Source of the DNA: Chloroflexota bacterium | Lineage (GTDB): Bacteria; Chloroflexota; Dehalococcoidia; UBA2979 | NCBI GenBank assembly: GCA_027593235.1 | Contig: JAQCIU010000013.1 | Coordinates: forward strand, 1-64,000 | Direction: 5' to 3' | DNA: 64,000 bases | Shown here: positions 36,746 to 46,655 of the stretch, one piece after another | How the letters are laid out: the number at the start of each line of letters is the position of its first letter | Numbering within the stretch: the first letter of the stretch is position 1 | The notes under the pieces: generated by a model | Seen by the model: the letters and a program-made list of their open reading frames with translations, nothing else | Told to the model about the DNA's origin: nothing | Databases searched by the model: none | Program-made: the position numbers and the translations under genes

Positions 36746-38461
36746 GTGAGCAAACTCGTCACCGTCGCGCAGATGCGCCAACTGGAAGCGGCGGCCGTCG
36801 CGGCCGGCGTTAGCGAACAGCAACTGATGGAGGAGGCGGGGATCGCCGCCGCGCAGGAAGCGTGGATGGCGGTCGGCGCGATCGAACAGCGCGGCATCCT
36901 GATCCTGGTTGGGCCCGGCAACAACGGTGGCGACGGCCTGGTCGCGGCGCGTCACCTGGTCCAGTTCGGCGCGATCCCATACGTCTACCTGCTGGAGCCG
37001 CGCGCGGAGGACGACCCGCAGTGGCAGGCGCTGCTGGAGTCCGAGGTGCCCTGGACCACCGTCGCGGAAGACCCGAACTTCGAGCGGCTCGACGCGCTGT
37101 TCCGCGATGCCTCGGCCGTGATCGACGCACTGCTCGGGATCGGCGCATCACCGCGCGAGCGGCCAATCGCGGGCGCGCTCGCGGAGATCCTGCGCCGCCT
37201 GCGTGCGACCGAACGCCGCGTCCCGGCGCCACAGATTCTCGCCCTCGATGTACCGACCGGCGTCGACGCGGATAGCGGCTACGCGGATCCGCTCGCGGTG
37301 AACGCCAGCGCCACGGTGACGTTTGGCTTCGCCAAGGTTGGTCTCTACTCGGTTCCCGGGCGGGCGAACGCCGGGCGGGTGATCCCCGTGGATATCGGCA
37401 TCCCGAAGGCCGCTTCCGCCGATCTCCCCTTCGAGGAACTACGACTGCGCGACCTGAAGGCGGTGATGCCGGAGCGGCGCGACGACGCGAACAAGGGCAC
37501 GTTCGGCACGGTCACGATCGCCGCCGGATCGCGACGCTACCCGGGCGCCGCGCGGCTCGCCGCGGAAGCGGCCGCACGGTCCGGCGCCGGCCTCGTGCAA
37601 CTCGCCGCCCCCGAGGTGATCCAGCCGCTGCTCGTGCACGGGCTGCCGGACGTGATCCACGAGCCGCTGCCATCGACCGATGGCACGCTGGACGCTTCGG
37701 CGGCACGCGCGCTGTTGCGCGCGCTCAACGGCGGCCGGTCGAACGTGCTGCTCGTGGGCCCCGGGCTGTCGCTCAGCAACGAGAGCCGCGCTTTCGTCCG
37801 CCACCTCCTCGCGGGCATCGACGACATCGATGGCCCGTCGGCGCTGGTGCTGGATGCCGACGCGCTCAACGTGCTGGCGGACGATCCGGAGTGGTGGACG
37901 CGGCTCGCACTACCGCGCGTGCTGACGCCCCACCCCGGCGAGATGGCGCGGCTGACCGGCACCAGCGTCGAGCAGGTCCAGGCGACACGCCTGGACACCG
38001 CCGCGGCCTACGCGAAGCTCACGAATTCCGTCGTGGTGTTGAAGGGCGCCTGCACCGTGATCGCGGCGCCGGACGGTACGGCCCGTCTCTCCGAGGCAGC
38101 GAACGCGATGCTGGCGACCGCCGGGACCGGCGACGTGCTCGCCGGTCTGATCGCGGGGCTGATCGCGCAGGGGCTCGCGCCGTACGACGCGGCCGCGGTA
38201 GCGGTTTATGTCCATGCGGACGCCGGACGCCGCGTCGCGGAGAGCCACGGTACCGCCGCGGGGCTGGCGCAAGACTTGCTCGCCGTGCTGCACGAGTCGC
38301 GCCGGCTGCTCGAGCCGACGGGGGCCGGCGCTGGGTTGCCGGACTTTAGCGCCCTCGGCGGTATGGGCGGTGCTGGGGGGATGGGCGGCGGCGGCATGCC
38401 AGGGATGGCGGGCCTCGGCGATGCCGGCGGGCTGCCGGACAGTGGCGGATCGCCGTTCTAA
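36746..38461 (+). CDS. nnr: Bifunctional NAD(P)H-hydrate epimerase/dehydratase
   Basis: GPGNNGGDG, LDVPTG, NKGTFG, DADALN, LTPHPGE, AGTGDVL. Confidence 0.93.
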   Translation: MSKLVTVAQMRQLEAAAVAAGVSEQQLMEEAGIAAAQEAWMAVGAIEQRGILILVGPGNNGGDGLVAARHLVQFGAIPYVYLLEPRAEDDPQWQALLESEVPWTTVAEDPNFERLDALFRDASAVIDALLGIGASPRERPIAGALAEILRRLRATERRVPAPQILALDVPTGVDADSGYADPLAVNASATVTFGFAKVGLYSVPGRANAGRVIPVDIGIPKAASADLPFEELRLRDLKAVMPERRDDANKGTFGTVTIAAGSRRYPGAARLAAEAAARSGAGLVQLAAPEVIQPLLVHGLPDVIHEPLPSTDGTLDASAARALLRALNGGRSNVLLVGPGLSLSNESRAFVRHLLAGIDDIDGPSALVLDADALNVLADDPEWWTRLALPRVLTPHPGEMARLTGTSVEQVQATRLDTAAAYAKLTNSVVVLKGACTVIAAPDGTARLSEAANAMLATAGTGDVLAGLIAGLIAQGLAPYDAAAVAVYVHADAGRRVAESHGTAAGLAQDLLAVLHESRRLLEPTGAGAGLPDFSALGGMGGAGGMGGGGMPGMAGLGDAGGLPDSGGSPF

Positions 38462-38597
38462 CGGGCGTCCTCGAAGGTCAGCCGCGAGAGCGGCGGCGCG
38501 CTGGCGAATTCTCACGTCGCCAGAAGCCCCTTGCTACACTGCGAAACCGTATGGCGAGGGGCCGCATTTGCGGTTCTGCCCGGCCGGGAGGCCGCTC

Positions 38598-39608
38598 GTG
38601 AGCGACGCAACGAACGCGCCCGCAGGCGCCGCCTCCGACACCGATCCCACTGCTCTGCTGTTCCCGGGACAGGGATCGCAGGCGCCGGGCATGGGCAAGC
38701 TCGTCCACGAACACTCCGCCGCCGCCCGTCTCGCGTACGAAGAGGCCAGCGACCTCACCGGTATCGACCTGGTGAAGGTTTGCTTCGAATCGGACATCGA
38801 CGAGCTCGCTGAGACCCGCGCGACACAGCCGGCGATGGTCACGACCTCGGTCGCTTTCCTCCGCGCGATGCGCGAGAAGCTCTCCGAGGCGGGTGAGCGC
38901 GTGCGCCCACGGCTCTTTGGCGGTCACTCGCTCGGCATGTTCAGCGCTGCCGTCGCCGCGGAGGCGCTCTCGTTCCGGGATGCGCTGCTGATCATCCTCG
39001 AACGCGCGCGCCTGATGAGTGAGTTCAACGCGGCGCGCCCGGTGGGCATGGCCTCGATTCTGGGCCTCGAGTACGACGTGGTGCGTCAGATCTGCGAGGA
39101 CGCAACGCAGTCGCCCGAGGACCGCGTCGATGTCGCGAACCACAACCTGGACACGCAGATCGTGGTCAGCGGCGACGTCGCGGCGCTGGAGCGCGCGATG
39201 GACCGCGCCCGCGACCTGCAAGGCCGCGCGATTCGCCTGAAGGTGAAGGTCTCCAGTCACACCCCGCTGCACAACGAGCAGGCGGAAGAGTTCGCCTGGG
39301 TGATCCGCGAGATCCCGATCGCGGATCCGCTTCAACCGATCGTCTCCAACGCCACGTCCCGCCTGCTGTCGACCGCCGCCGAGGTCCGCCGTGAATTCGA
39401 GGAGCAGCTCCGCTCTCCCGTCTTCTGGACGAAGAACGTTCAGCGGATGGAGAGCGAAGGCGTCGACACCTACATCGAGGTGGGCCCCGGTCACGTCCTC
39501 TCACGCATGGTGAAGCGCATCTCTGACCAACTCACCGCGGTGTCGCTGGACGACGCGCGCGAAGAGCCGATCCCGATTTCGGTCATTCCCCACCCCAGCG
39601 CTCGCTGA
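38598..39608 (+). CDS. fabD: ACP S-malonyltransferase
   Basis: FPGQGSQ, TQPA, GHSLG, EVGPG. Confidence 0.92.
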   Translation: MSDATNAPAGAASDTDPTALLFPGQGSQAPGMGKLVHEHSAAARLAYEEASDLTGIDLVKVCFESDIDELAETRATQPAMVTTSVAFLRAMREKLSEAGERVRPRLFGGHSLGMFSAAVAAEALSFRDALLIILERARLMSEFNAARPVGMASILGLEYDVVRQICEDATQSPEDRVDVANHNLDTQIVVSGDVAALERAMDRARDLQGRAIRLKVKVSSHTPLHNEQAEEFAWVIREIPIADPLQPIVSNATSRLLSTAAEVRREFEEQLRSPVFWTKNVQRMESEGVDTYIEVGPGHVLSRMVKRISDQLTAVSLDDAREEPIPISVIPHPSAR

Positions 39609-40849
39609 TGCCGCGCGAAGTCGTGGTTACGGGGCTGGGCATGATCAGCCCGGTCGGAAAGAACGTCGCTGACGGCTGGGACAGCATCGTCGCCGGCCGC
39701 TCCGGGATCGGCCTGATCAGCCGATTCGACGCATCCCAGTACGAGTACCCGATCGCCGGCGAGGTGGACGGCTTCGAGCCCTCGGATCACGTGGAAGCGA
39801 AGATCCTGCGCCGGATCGACCTCTCGACCGCCTTCGCGATCGCCTCCGCGCAGGAAGCGGTGGCCGACGCGCAGCTTGAGATCAACGCGGAGCGACCGGA
39901 CTCGGTCGGAATCCTGCTCGGCACGGGCATCGGCGGCGCGCACCTGATGGTGGAGCAGCAGCGGATCCTCGAAGAGAAGGGGCCGCGTCGGGTCTCGCCG
40001 TTCCTGATCACGAGCATGCTGCCGGACACCGCGACCGGCTTGGTCGCGATCGCCCTCGGTGCGCGCGGCCCGAACTTCGCCGTGACCGCTGCCTGCGCCA
40101 CCGGTGGCGCGGCGGTGGGCGAAGCGGCGGAGACGATCGCCCGCGGCGAGGCCGAGGTGATGATCGCGGGCGGCTTCGAGGCGCCGTTACAGCCGATCTA
40201 CTACGCCGGCTTCAACGCGATGAAGGCGCTGGCGACGCACGAGGATCCGACGCAGGCGGTGCGGCCCTTCGACAAGGATCGCAACGGCTTCATCCTCGGT
40301 GAGGGCGCCGGCACGCTGATCCTCGAATCGCTGGAGCACGCGCAGGCGCGGGGCGCGAAGATCTACGCGCGCTGGATGGGCGCCGCGACGAGCAACGACG
40401 CGTTCGACATGGTGGCCGCCGCCGAGGATGGCCGCGGGATCAACGAGGCGATGCGACGCGCCCTCAGTCGGGCGAACCTGACGCCGGATCGCATCTCCTA
40501 CATCAACGCCCACGGCACCGGCACGCCGCTCAACGACCGCGTCGAGACGCGGGCGATCCGCGACGTGTTCGGCGAAGATGCCGATCGCGTGATGGTCTCC
40601 AGCACGAAGGCGATGCACGGCCACATGATGGGTGCCTCGGGCGCTGTCGAGGCGGTGATCTGTGTGCTGGCCTGCAAGCATGGGATCGCGCCGCCGACGA
40701 TCAACTACACGACGCCGGATCCGGACTGCGACCTGGACTACGTCCCGAACATCGCCCGTGAAGCCCCGATCGAGTACGCGATGAGTACGTCGGTGGGCCT
40801 CGGTGGACACAACTCCGCGCTGATTTTCGGACATTGGGGAGGCGATTGA
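39608..40849 (+). CDS. fabF: Beta-ketoacyl-ACP synthase II, copy 1
   Basis: AACATG, RPFD, GEGAG, NAHGTGT, GHMMGA, GLGGHN. Confidence 0.92.
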   Translation: MPREVVVTGLGMISPVGKNVADGWDSIVAGRSGIGLISRFDASQYEYPIAGEVDGFEPSDHVEAKILRRIDLSTAFAIASAQEAVADAQLEINAERPDSVGILLGTGIGGAHLMVEQQRILEEKGPRRVSPFLITSMLPDTATGLVAIALGARGPNFAVTAACATGGAAVGEAAETIARGEAEVMIAGGFEAPLQPIYYAGFNAMKALATHEDPTQAVRPFDKDRNGFILGEGAGTLILESLEHAQARGAKIYARWMGAATSNDAFDMVAAAEDGRGINEAMRRALSRANLTPDRISYINAHGTGTPLNDRVETRAIRDVFGEDADRVMVSSTKAMHGHMMGASGAVEAVICVLACKHGIAPPTINYTTPDPDCDLDYVPNIAREAPIEYAMSTSVGLGGHNSALIFGHWGGD

Positions 40850-42093
40850 TGGACACGGCACGTGTCGTCGTCACGGGCATCGGAATGATGACCCCGGTTG
40901 GGATCGGTCGCGACGCGAGCTGGGTCGCGATGCTCGAGGGCCGGAACGGGATCGATCAGATCACCCTGGTCGAGGCGGCGGACCTCCCGTCCACCATCGC
41001 CGGCGAGGTGACTGGCTTCGAGCCGACCGACTGGCTCAACCGCAAGGATGCCCGCCGCATGGACCGCTTCGTCCAGCTCGCGATCGCCGCGACCGACGAG
41101 GCGCTGGAGCAGTCCGGCCTCGACGTTCGCGCGGAGGCGGATGAGATCGGCTGCATGATCGGATCCGGCATCGGCGGCATCGGCACGCTGGAGGATCAGT
41201 TCCACGTCTTCTTCGACAAGGGCGCCCGCAGTGTCTCGCCGTTCCTGGTCCCGATGTTCATCTCCGACATGGCCGCCGGACAGGTCTCGATCCGCACCGG
41301 CGCGCGCGGTCCGAACGTCAATACGGTGAGCGCCTGCGCCTCCGGCGCGGACGCGATCGGCACGGCGTACGAGGTGCTGCGGCGCGGCGACGCAAAGGCG
41401 ATGATCACCGGTGGCACGGACGCGGGCGTGACCCGGATGTCCGTGGCGGCATTCGCGGCGTCCCGCGCGCTGTCGACCGGGCAGAACGACAACCCGGAAC
41501 ACGCCTCGCGCCCGTTTGACCTCGATCGCGACGGGTTCATCCTCGCGGAGGGCGCCGGCACGCTGATCCTCGAGACGCTCGAGCACGCGCAGGAGCGCGG
41601 GGCGACGATCATCGCGGAGCTGGTGGGCTACGGCGCATCGGCGGACGCGTTCCACGTCACGCAGCCCTCGGAAAACGGCGAGGGCGCGGCGCGTGCGATG
41701 AACGCCGCGCTGAAGAAGGCGGGGATCAACGCGAGCGATGTTGGCTACATCAACGCGCACGCGACCAGCACACCGCTGAACGACAAGTTCGAGACGATGT
41801 CGCTGCGCACGGTCTTCGGCGAAGCGGCGGGGGCGATTCCGATCTCCGCGACGAAGTCGATGATCGGCCACACCCTCGGTGCTGGTGGGGCGATCGAGGC
41901 GGGCGTGACGATCCTGTCGATCCGCGATCAGCGCATCCACGGCACGCGGAACCTCGTGACGCCGGACCCGGAGTGCGATCTGGACTACGTGAGCGAGGGC
42001 GCGCGCGACGTGCCGATCGAGTACGCCATCTCCAACTCGATGGGCTTCGGCGGGCACAACAGCTCCCTGGTCTTCAAGCGCTTCGCGGAATAG
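40849..42093 (+). CDS. fabF: Beta-ketoacyl-ACP synthase II, copy 2
   Basis: SACASG, SRPFD, NAHATST, GHTLGA, GFGGHN; TGATG overlap with copy 1. Confidence 0.93.
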   Translation: MDTARVVVTGIGMMTPVGIGRDASWVAMLEGRNGIDQITLVEAADLPSTIAGEVTGFEPTDWLNRKDARRMDRFVQLAIAATDEALEQSGLDVRAEADEIGCMIGSGIGGIGTLEDQFHVFFDKGARSVSPFLVPMFISDMAAGQVSIRTGARGPNVNTVSACASGADAIGTAYEVLRRGDAKAMITGGTDAGVTRMSVAAFAASRALSTGQNDNPEHASRPFDLDRDGFILAEGAGTLILETLEHAQERGATIIAELVGYGASADAFHVTQPSENGEGAARAMNAALKKAGINASDVGYINAHATSTPLNDKFETMSLRTVFGEAAGAIPISATKSMIGHTLGAGGAIEAGVTILSIRDQRIHGTRNLVTPDPECDLDYVSEGARDVPIEYAISNSMGFGGHNSSLVFKRFAE

Positions 42094-42096
42094 CCG

Positions 42097-43914
42097 GTGA
42101 CCGTTCCTCCGCCACAGGAGACACCGCTCGTCGAGCAGGCTCCGTGGGAAGGCGCGATCAAGCGCCGGCCGCCAACCAACGGCGATGACGGGCCCGCGCC
42201 CTTTACCGGCACCGTCACGCACGGCTCAGCAGGTCGCCTGTGGCGCCTGATGCCCGATCCTGACCTCAGTGGCTTCGCGGACGCAGGAGCGGGGCTGCCG
42301 CCGCTCATGCGGCGTCTGCTCGCACGTCGTGGGGTACACAACGCCGAGGAAGCGCGCCGCTACCTCGGTAGTCCGGGGGAGCTGACCGATCCGCGGCTGA
42401 TGCCCAACCTCGATGTGGCGGTGCTGCGTCTGGCCGCGGCGTGTCGTGCGGGCGAGACGGTGGCCGTGTTCGGCGACTTCGACGTGGATGGCGTGACCTC
42501 GACGACGATCCTGACGGAGGGGCTGCGCGAGCTTGGCGCGAAGCCGATGCCGTACATCCCCGACCGGTTCCTCGAGGGCTACGGGCCGAACGTGAACGCG
42601 GTGCGACAGCTTGCCGACCGAGGCGCGACGCTCCTCGTGACGGCCGACTGCGGTACCTCGTCGACGGTCGAGGTGGCCGAGGCGAACGGTCTGGGCATGG
42701 AGGTGATCGTGATCGATCACCACACCGTGCCGGATGAGCTGCCGGCGGCGCTGGCGCTCGTGAACCCGAAGCTCACCGATTCGCGGTACGGGTCGGAGCC
42801 GGCGGCGGTCGGGGTGGCCTACAAGGTCATTCACGATCTGTACGACCACTTCGGGCGGGCGTACGACGCGGACTCCCACCGGGCGCTGGTCGCCCTGGGG
42901 ACGGTCTGCGACCTCGCGCCGATGGTCGCGGAGAACCGCGATCTAGTGCGGCTTGGTCTGGAGGCGATCCGGACGACGACGCGGCCCGGTCTGCGCGCGC
43001 TCGCGAAGGTGTCGAACGTCGATCTCAGTACAGCGAACGTCGACACGTTCGGGTGGGTGCTGGGGCCGCGGCTGAACGCGGCGGGACGGATGCTGCACGC
43101 TCAGGTCGCCCTCGATCTGATGCTGGCCGACAACGATTCGGACGCCGAGCGGCTGGCGAAGCAGCTCGACGAGCTGAACCGCGCGCGGCGGGATGACACG
43201 CAGGCGGCGATCACCGACGTGCACGACCGGCTGAGCGCGGCCGACCTCGAAGCGGCGCTGATCGTGGCCGCCTCGCCGGAGATCTCCTCGGGGATCATTG
43301 GCCTCGCGGCTTCGCGACTGGTCGAGCAGCACCACCGACCGGCGATCGTGATGCAGACGGACGATCGGGAGGCACGAGGATCGTGTCGCTCGCTGCCCGC
43401 CTTCGACATCACGGCGCTGCTGCGGCGCCACGCCGACCTGTTCCTGCGATTCGGCGGCCACCGCGCGGCGGCCGGATTCACCCTCGACGTAGCGCGCGTC
43501 CCGGAGCTGAAGCAGCGCCTGATCGAGGACGCGACCAGCGCGATCGATCCGCAGGATCTGCTGCCGGCATTCGAGGTCGAAGAGGAGTTGTCGCTGCAGG
43601 TGGTCGACCGGCGGCTGATCCAGTGGCTGGGCCTGCTCGGTCCCCATGGGATCGGCAATCCGACGCCCGTCTTCCTGGCGCACAACGTCTCCGTCGTGAA
43701 GAGCCGTGGCGTCGGGCAGGGTGGCGAGCACCTCCAGCTCGTGCTGAAGGAGGGCGCCGTCACGTGGCGCGCGATCTCCTTCCGTAATGCCGCGGCCGCG
43801 GTTCCCGAGGGCGAATCGGCAGACCTGATCTACACCTTCCGCCGCGACGATTTCCGCGGCGACGGCGCACTGCAACTGGAGGTTCTGGACCTCCGCCCGG
43901 CGATCGGCGCCTAG
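42097..43914 (+). CDS. recJ: Single-stranded-DNA exonuclease RecJ
   Basis: GDFDVDG, ADCG, IDHH, GPRLNAAGR, GSCRS, FGGH.AAAG; start uncertain. Confidence 0.94.
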   Translation: MTVPPPQETPLVEQAPWEGAIKRRPPTNGDDGPAPFTGTVTHGSAGRLWRLMPDPDLSGFADAGAGLPPLMRRLLARRGVHNAEEARRYLGSPGELTDPRLMPNLDVAVLRLAAACRAGETVAVFGDFDVDGVTSTTILTEGLRELGAKPMPYIPDRFLEGYGPNVNAVRQLADRGATLLVTADCGTSSTVEVAEANGLGMEVIVIDHHTVPDELPAALALVNPKLTDSRYGSEPAAVGVAYKVIHDLYDHFGRAYDADSHRALVALGTVCDLAPMVAENRDLVRLGLEAIRTTTRPGLRALAKVSNVDLSTANVDTFGWVLGPRLNAAGRMLHAQVALDLMLADNDSDAERLAKQLDELNRARRDDTQAAITDVHDRLSAADLEAALIVAASPEISSGIIGLAASRLVEQHHRPAIVMQTDDREARGSCRSLPAFDITALLRRHADLFLRFGGHRAAAGFTLDVARVPELKQRLIEDATSAIDPQDLLPAFEVEEELSLQVVDRRLIQWLGLLGPHGIGNPTPVFLAHNVSVVKSRGVGQGGEHLQLVLKEGAVTWRAISFRNAAAAVPEGESADLIYTFRRDDFRGDGALQLEVLDLRPAIGA

Positions 43915-44048
43915 CGCAGCGCCGTCCGAGGCCGCGCGAACGGCGGCTGCACCGCTGGCTCGAACGGCCGGCGATCCCTTCTCAGTATCACTAGCGTTGT
44001 CGGGCCTTCACTCCGCGCCGTACTATCCCCGCAGATGAGGGGGTAGCG

Positions 44049-46073
44049 ATGAAGTCTTACACGTCTGACCGTCTGCGTAACGTTGTCCTGATGGGCCACG
44101 GCGGAGCGGGAAAGACGACGTTGGCTGAATCGATGCTCTTCGCGGCTGGCGCGATTAGCCGCCTCGGTAGCGTGGACGACGGCACGACGGTCGCCGACTA
44201 CGACGAGGACGAGCACCAGCATCACTACTCGATCTCCACGGCGCTGCTGGCGATCGAGTGGGATGAATGCCGGATCAACCTGCTGGACGCGCCCGGCTAC
44301 GCCGATTTCGAGGGCGAGGTCGTCTCCGCCGTCCGCGCCGCCGATGCCGCGCTGATCGCGGTCGATGCCTCCGCCGGCGTCCAGGGCGGCACCGAACTAG
44401 CATGGCAACGCGCCGACGAGGCGGGCCTACCGCGGATCTGCGTCGTCACCCGACTCGACCGCGAGAACGCCAGTTTCGAGCGGGCGGTGGAGAGCCTCCG
44501 CGAGACCTACGGCAAGCGTGTGATCCCACTCGGACTCCCGGTCCGCGGCGCCGACGGCAAGCTCACCAGCTTCTTTGACCTGCGCACGCACGACACGCCG
44601 CCGGACGGCATCGTCGGTGACCTTGAGGCCGCGCGCGAAATGCTGGTCGAAGCGGTCGCCGAGACGGACGACGAACTGCTGGTGAAGTACCTGGACGGCG
44701 AAGAACTCACGCGCGAGGAGATCACCGTCGCGCTACATGACGCGATCGAGAGTGGCGCGGTGGTGACCGTTGTCCCGGTCTGTGCGCCGCTCAGCGTCGG
44801 GGTCGAGGGTTTGCTCAACAACATCGTGAACCTCATGCCCTCGCCACTTGGACGCGAGCACGCGCTCAGCGAGGGCACCGTGACGACGAGCGTGGACGGC
44901 CCGCTGGTGGTGCAGGTCTTCAAGACGCTGGCGGATCCGTTCGTCGGGCACCTCTCGCTGATGAAGGTGATCTCTGGTTCGCTTCCGGCGAGTCTCAGCC
45001 CGTACAACGTCCGTTCGCGCTCAACGGAGCGGCTTGGGCACCTCTTCCTGCAGCGGGGCAAGGAGCAGATCGCCGTCGACGAGCTCGTCACCGGCGACAT
45101 CGGCGTGGTGGCAAAGCTGACCGACACGCACACCGGCGACACGCTGGTCGCCTCCGCCGATCACGCGGTGACGGTGGCTCCGCTGCCGTTCCCGCACCCC
45201 ACGTACCGGACCGCTTTGCACCCCGCGAGCCAGGACGACGTGAACAAACTGGCTTCGGCGCTGCACCGGCTCCAGGAGCAGGATCCAACGATCAAGGTCG
45301 ACCGTGACGCGGACACCGGTGAAACGATCATGCTGACCATCGGCGACGCCCAGGTGGCGATCGCCTGCGCGCGCCTCGAGCGGGTCTACGGCGTCAAAGT
45401 GACCCCGGAGTTGCCACGCATTCCCTACCGCGAGACCGTCAGCGGCGTCGCGAAGGCGGAGTACAAGCACAAGAAGCAGAGCGGTGGGCACGGGCAGTAC
45501 GGCCACGTGGTGATCGAGATCGCGCCGTTGACGCGCGGCATGGGCTTCGAGTTCGCGGAACAAGTCGTCGGCGGCAGCGTACCTCGGCAGTTCATCCCCG
45601 CGGTCGAGAAGGGCATCCACGAAACGCTGCCGCGCGGTCCGCTCGCGCAGTCACCGATCGTCGACGTGAAGGTGACGCTCCTCGATGGCTCGTCGCACGC
45701 GGTCGATTCGTCGGAGATGGCATTCAAGACCGCCGCCTCGCACGCGCTCCGCGACGGTCTGCTCGAGGCACAGCCGACGCTGCTGGAGCCGGTGATGCGG
45801 CTACGTGTCCACGTCCCCGGCCAGTACGTTGGCGATGTGATGAGCGATATCAGCACCCGCCGCGGCCATGTCCACGGCGTCGAGGGCGAAGGTGCGTTTT
45901 CGATGATCGAGGCCGACGTTCCGCTCTCCGAGGTGCAGCGGTACGCCACGGAGCTGCGCGCGATCACGCACGGGCGCGGTCGCTTTGAGCTCGAGTTCGA
46001 TCGTTACGTGGAGGTGCCGGCGCACGTCCAGGACTCGATCATCACGACGCTGCGCGGCGGGAGCGCCAACTAG
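44049..46073 (+). CDS. Elongation factor G-like protein (EF-G2 paralog)
   Basis: GHGGAGKT, DAPG, KKQSGGHGQYG, VDSSEMAF; lacks RGITI and has TRLD in place of NKxD. Confidence 0.9.
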   Translation: MKSYTSDRLRNVVLMGHGGAGKTTLAESMLFAAGAISRLGSVDDGTTVADYDEDEHQHHYSISTALLAIEWDECRINLLDAPGYADFEGEVVSAVRAADAALIAVDASAGVQGGTELAWQRADEAGLPRICVVTRLDRENASFERAVESLRETYGKRVIPLGLPVRGADGKLTSFFDLRTHDTPPDGIVGDLEAAREMLVEAVAETDDELLVKYLDGEELTREEITVALHDAIESGAVVTVVPVCAPLSVGVEGLLNNIVNLMPSPLGREHALSEGTVTTSVDGPLVVQVFKTLADPFVGHLSLMKVISGSLPASLSPYNVRSRSTERLGHLFLQRGKEQIAVDELVTGDIGVVAKLTDTHTGDTLVASADHAVTVAPLPFPHPTYRTALHPASQDDVNKLASALHRLQEQDPTIKVDRDADTGETIMLTIGDAQVAIACARLERVYGVKVTPELPRIPYRETVSGVAKAEYKHKKQSGGHGQYGHVVIEIAPLTRGMGFEFAEQVVGGSVPRQFIPAVEKGIHETLPRGPLAQSPIVDVKVTLLDGSSHAVDSSEMAFKTAASHALRDGLLEAQPTLLEPVMRLRVHVPGQYVGDVMSDISTRRGHVHGVEGEGAFSMIEADVPLSEVQRYATELRAITHGRGRFELEFDRYVEVPAHVQDSIITTLRGGSAN

Positions 46074-46172
46074 CGGCGCAGCGCGGGCACGCGTGACGAC
46101 GGCGAGGCGAGGTTGGCAGGGCTCGGGATTCGGAACAGGGTCGATCCGCCGCCTGAGCGGCAGGATCCGAGG

Positions 46173-46631
46173 CTAGTTCGTTTCGCGGGAGTTGGACGCC
46201 CAGAGCGTCTCGTACTGCTCGCCACTCACAGCACGCAGCAGTTCACGCACCTCGAGGCTTCGCAACTCCCGCAGGCAGGCGTCGGCCATCTCCAGGAACT
46301 GGCAGGGATCCGAGGCGAGCCCCTGCACGCGGGAGATCACGTGCGTCCAGACGCCGAGCCGCGAGAGCGAGTCGACGCGGTGCGTCCAGGGAATCATCGA
46401 AATGGATTGGGGGCGGGGGAAGGTGGGACGGAGGCGGCGGAAGGAGCGATAGCGTTCGAGGCCGTCTTGCGCGATTGGGACGAGGGTGACCAGTGGGCCG
46501 GCATGGTCGTTCTGCCGCGTGTCGAGAATCAGCGTCTTACCGAGAAGCGGAAAATAGAGGGTGATGACGTCAGCTTCGTCGATATTTTGCACGACCCGAT
46601 CCAGGTCGAGCTCGATTCCGCTGTCCAGCAT
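46173..46631 (-). CDS. Hypothetical protein
   Basis: Clean 152-aa ORF just downstream of tyrS on the same strand; no motif recognised. Confidence 0.7.
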   Translation of the reverse strand: MLDSGIELDLDRVVQNIDEADVITLYFPLLGKTLILDTRQNDHAGPLVTLVPIAQDGLERYRSFRRLRPTFPRPQSISMIPWTHRVDSLSRLGVWTHVISRVQGLASDPCQFLEMADACLRELRSLEVRELLRAVSGEQYETLWASNSRETN

Positions 46632-46655
46632 ATGGAAGCCCCCGCCTATCTCTAG

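Noticed and set aside
44049-46073. Canonical fusA or a TetM-type ribosomal protection protein
   Set aside because: Degenerate G2 and G4 motifs and location outside the str operon fit the common EF-G2 paralog; domain IV is EF-G-like.
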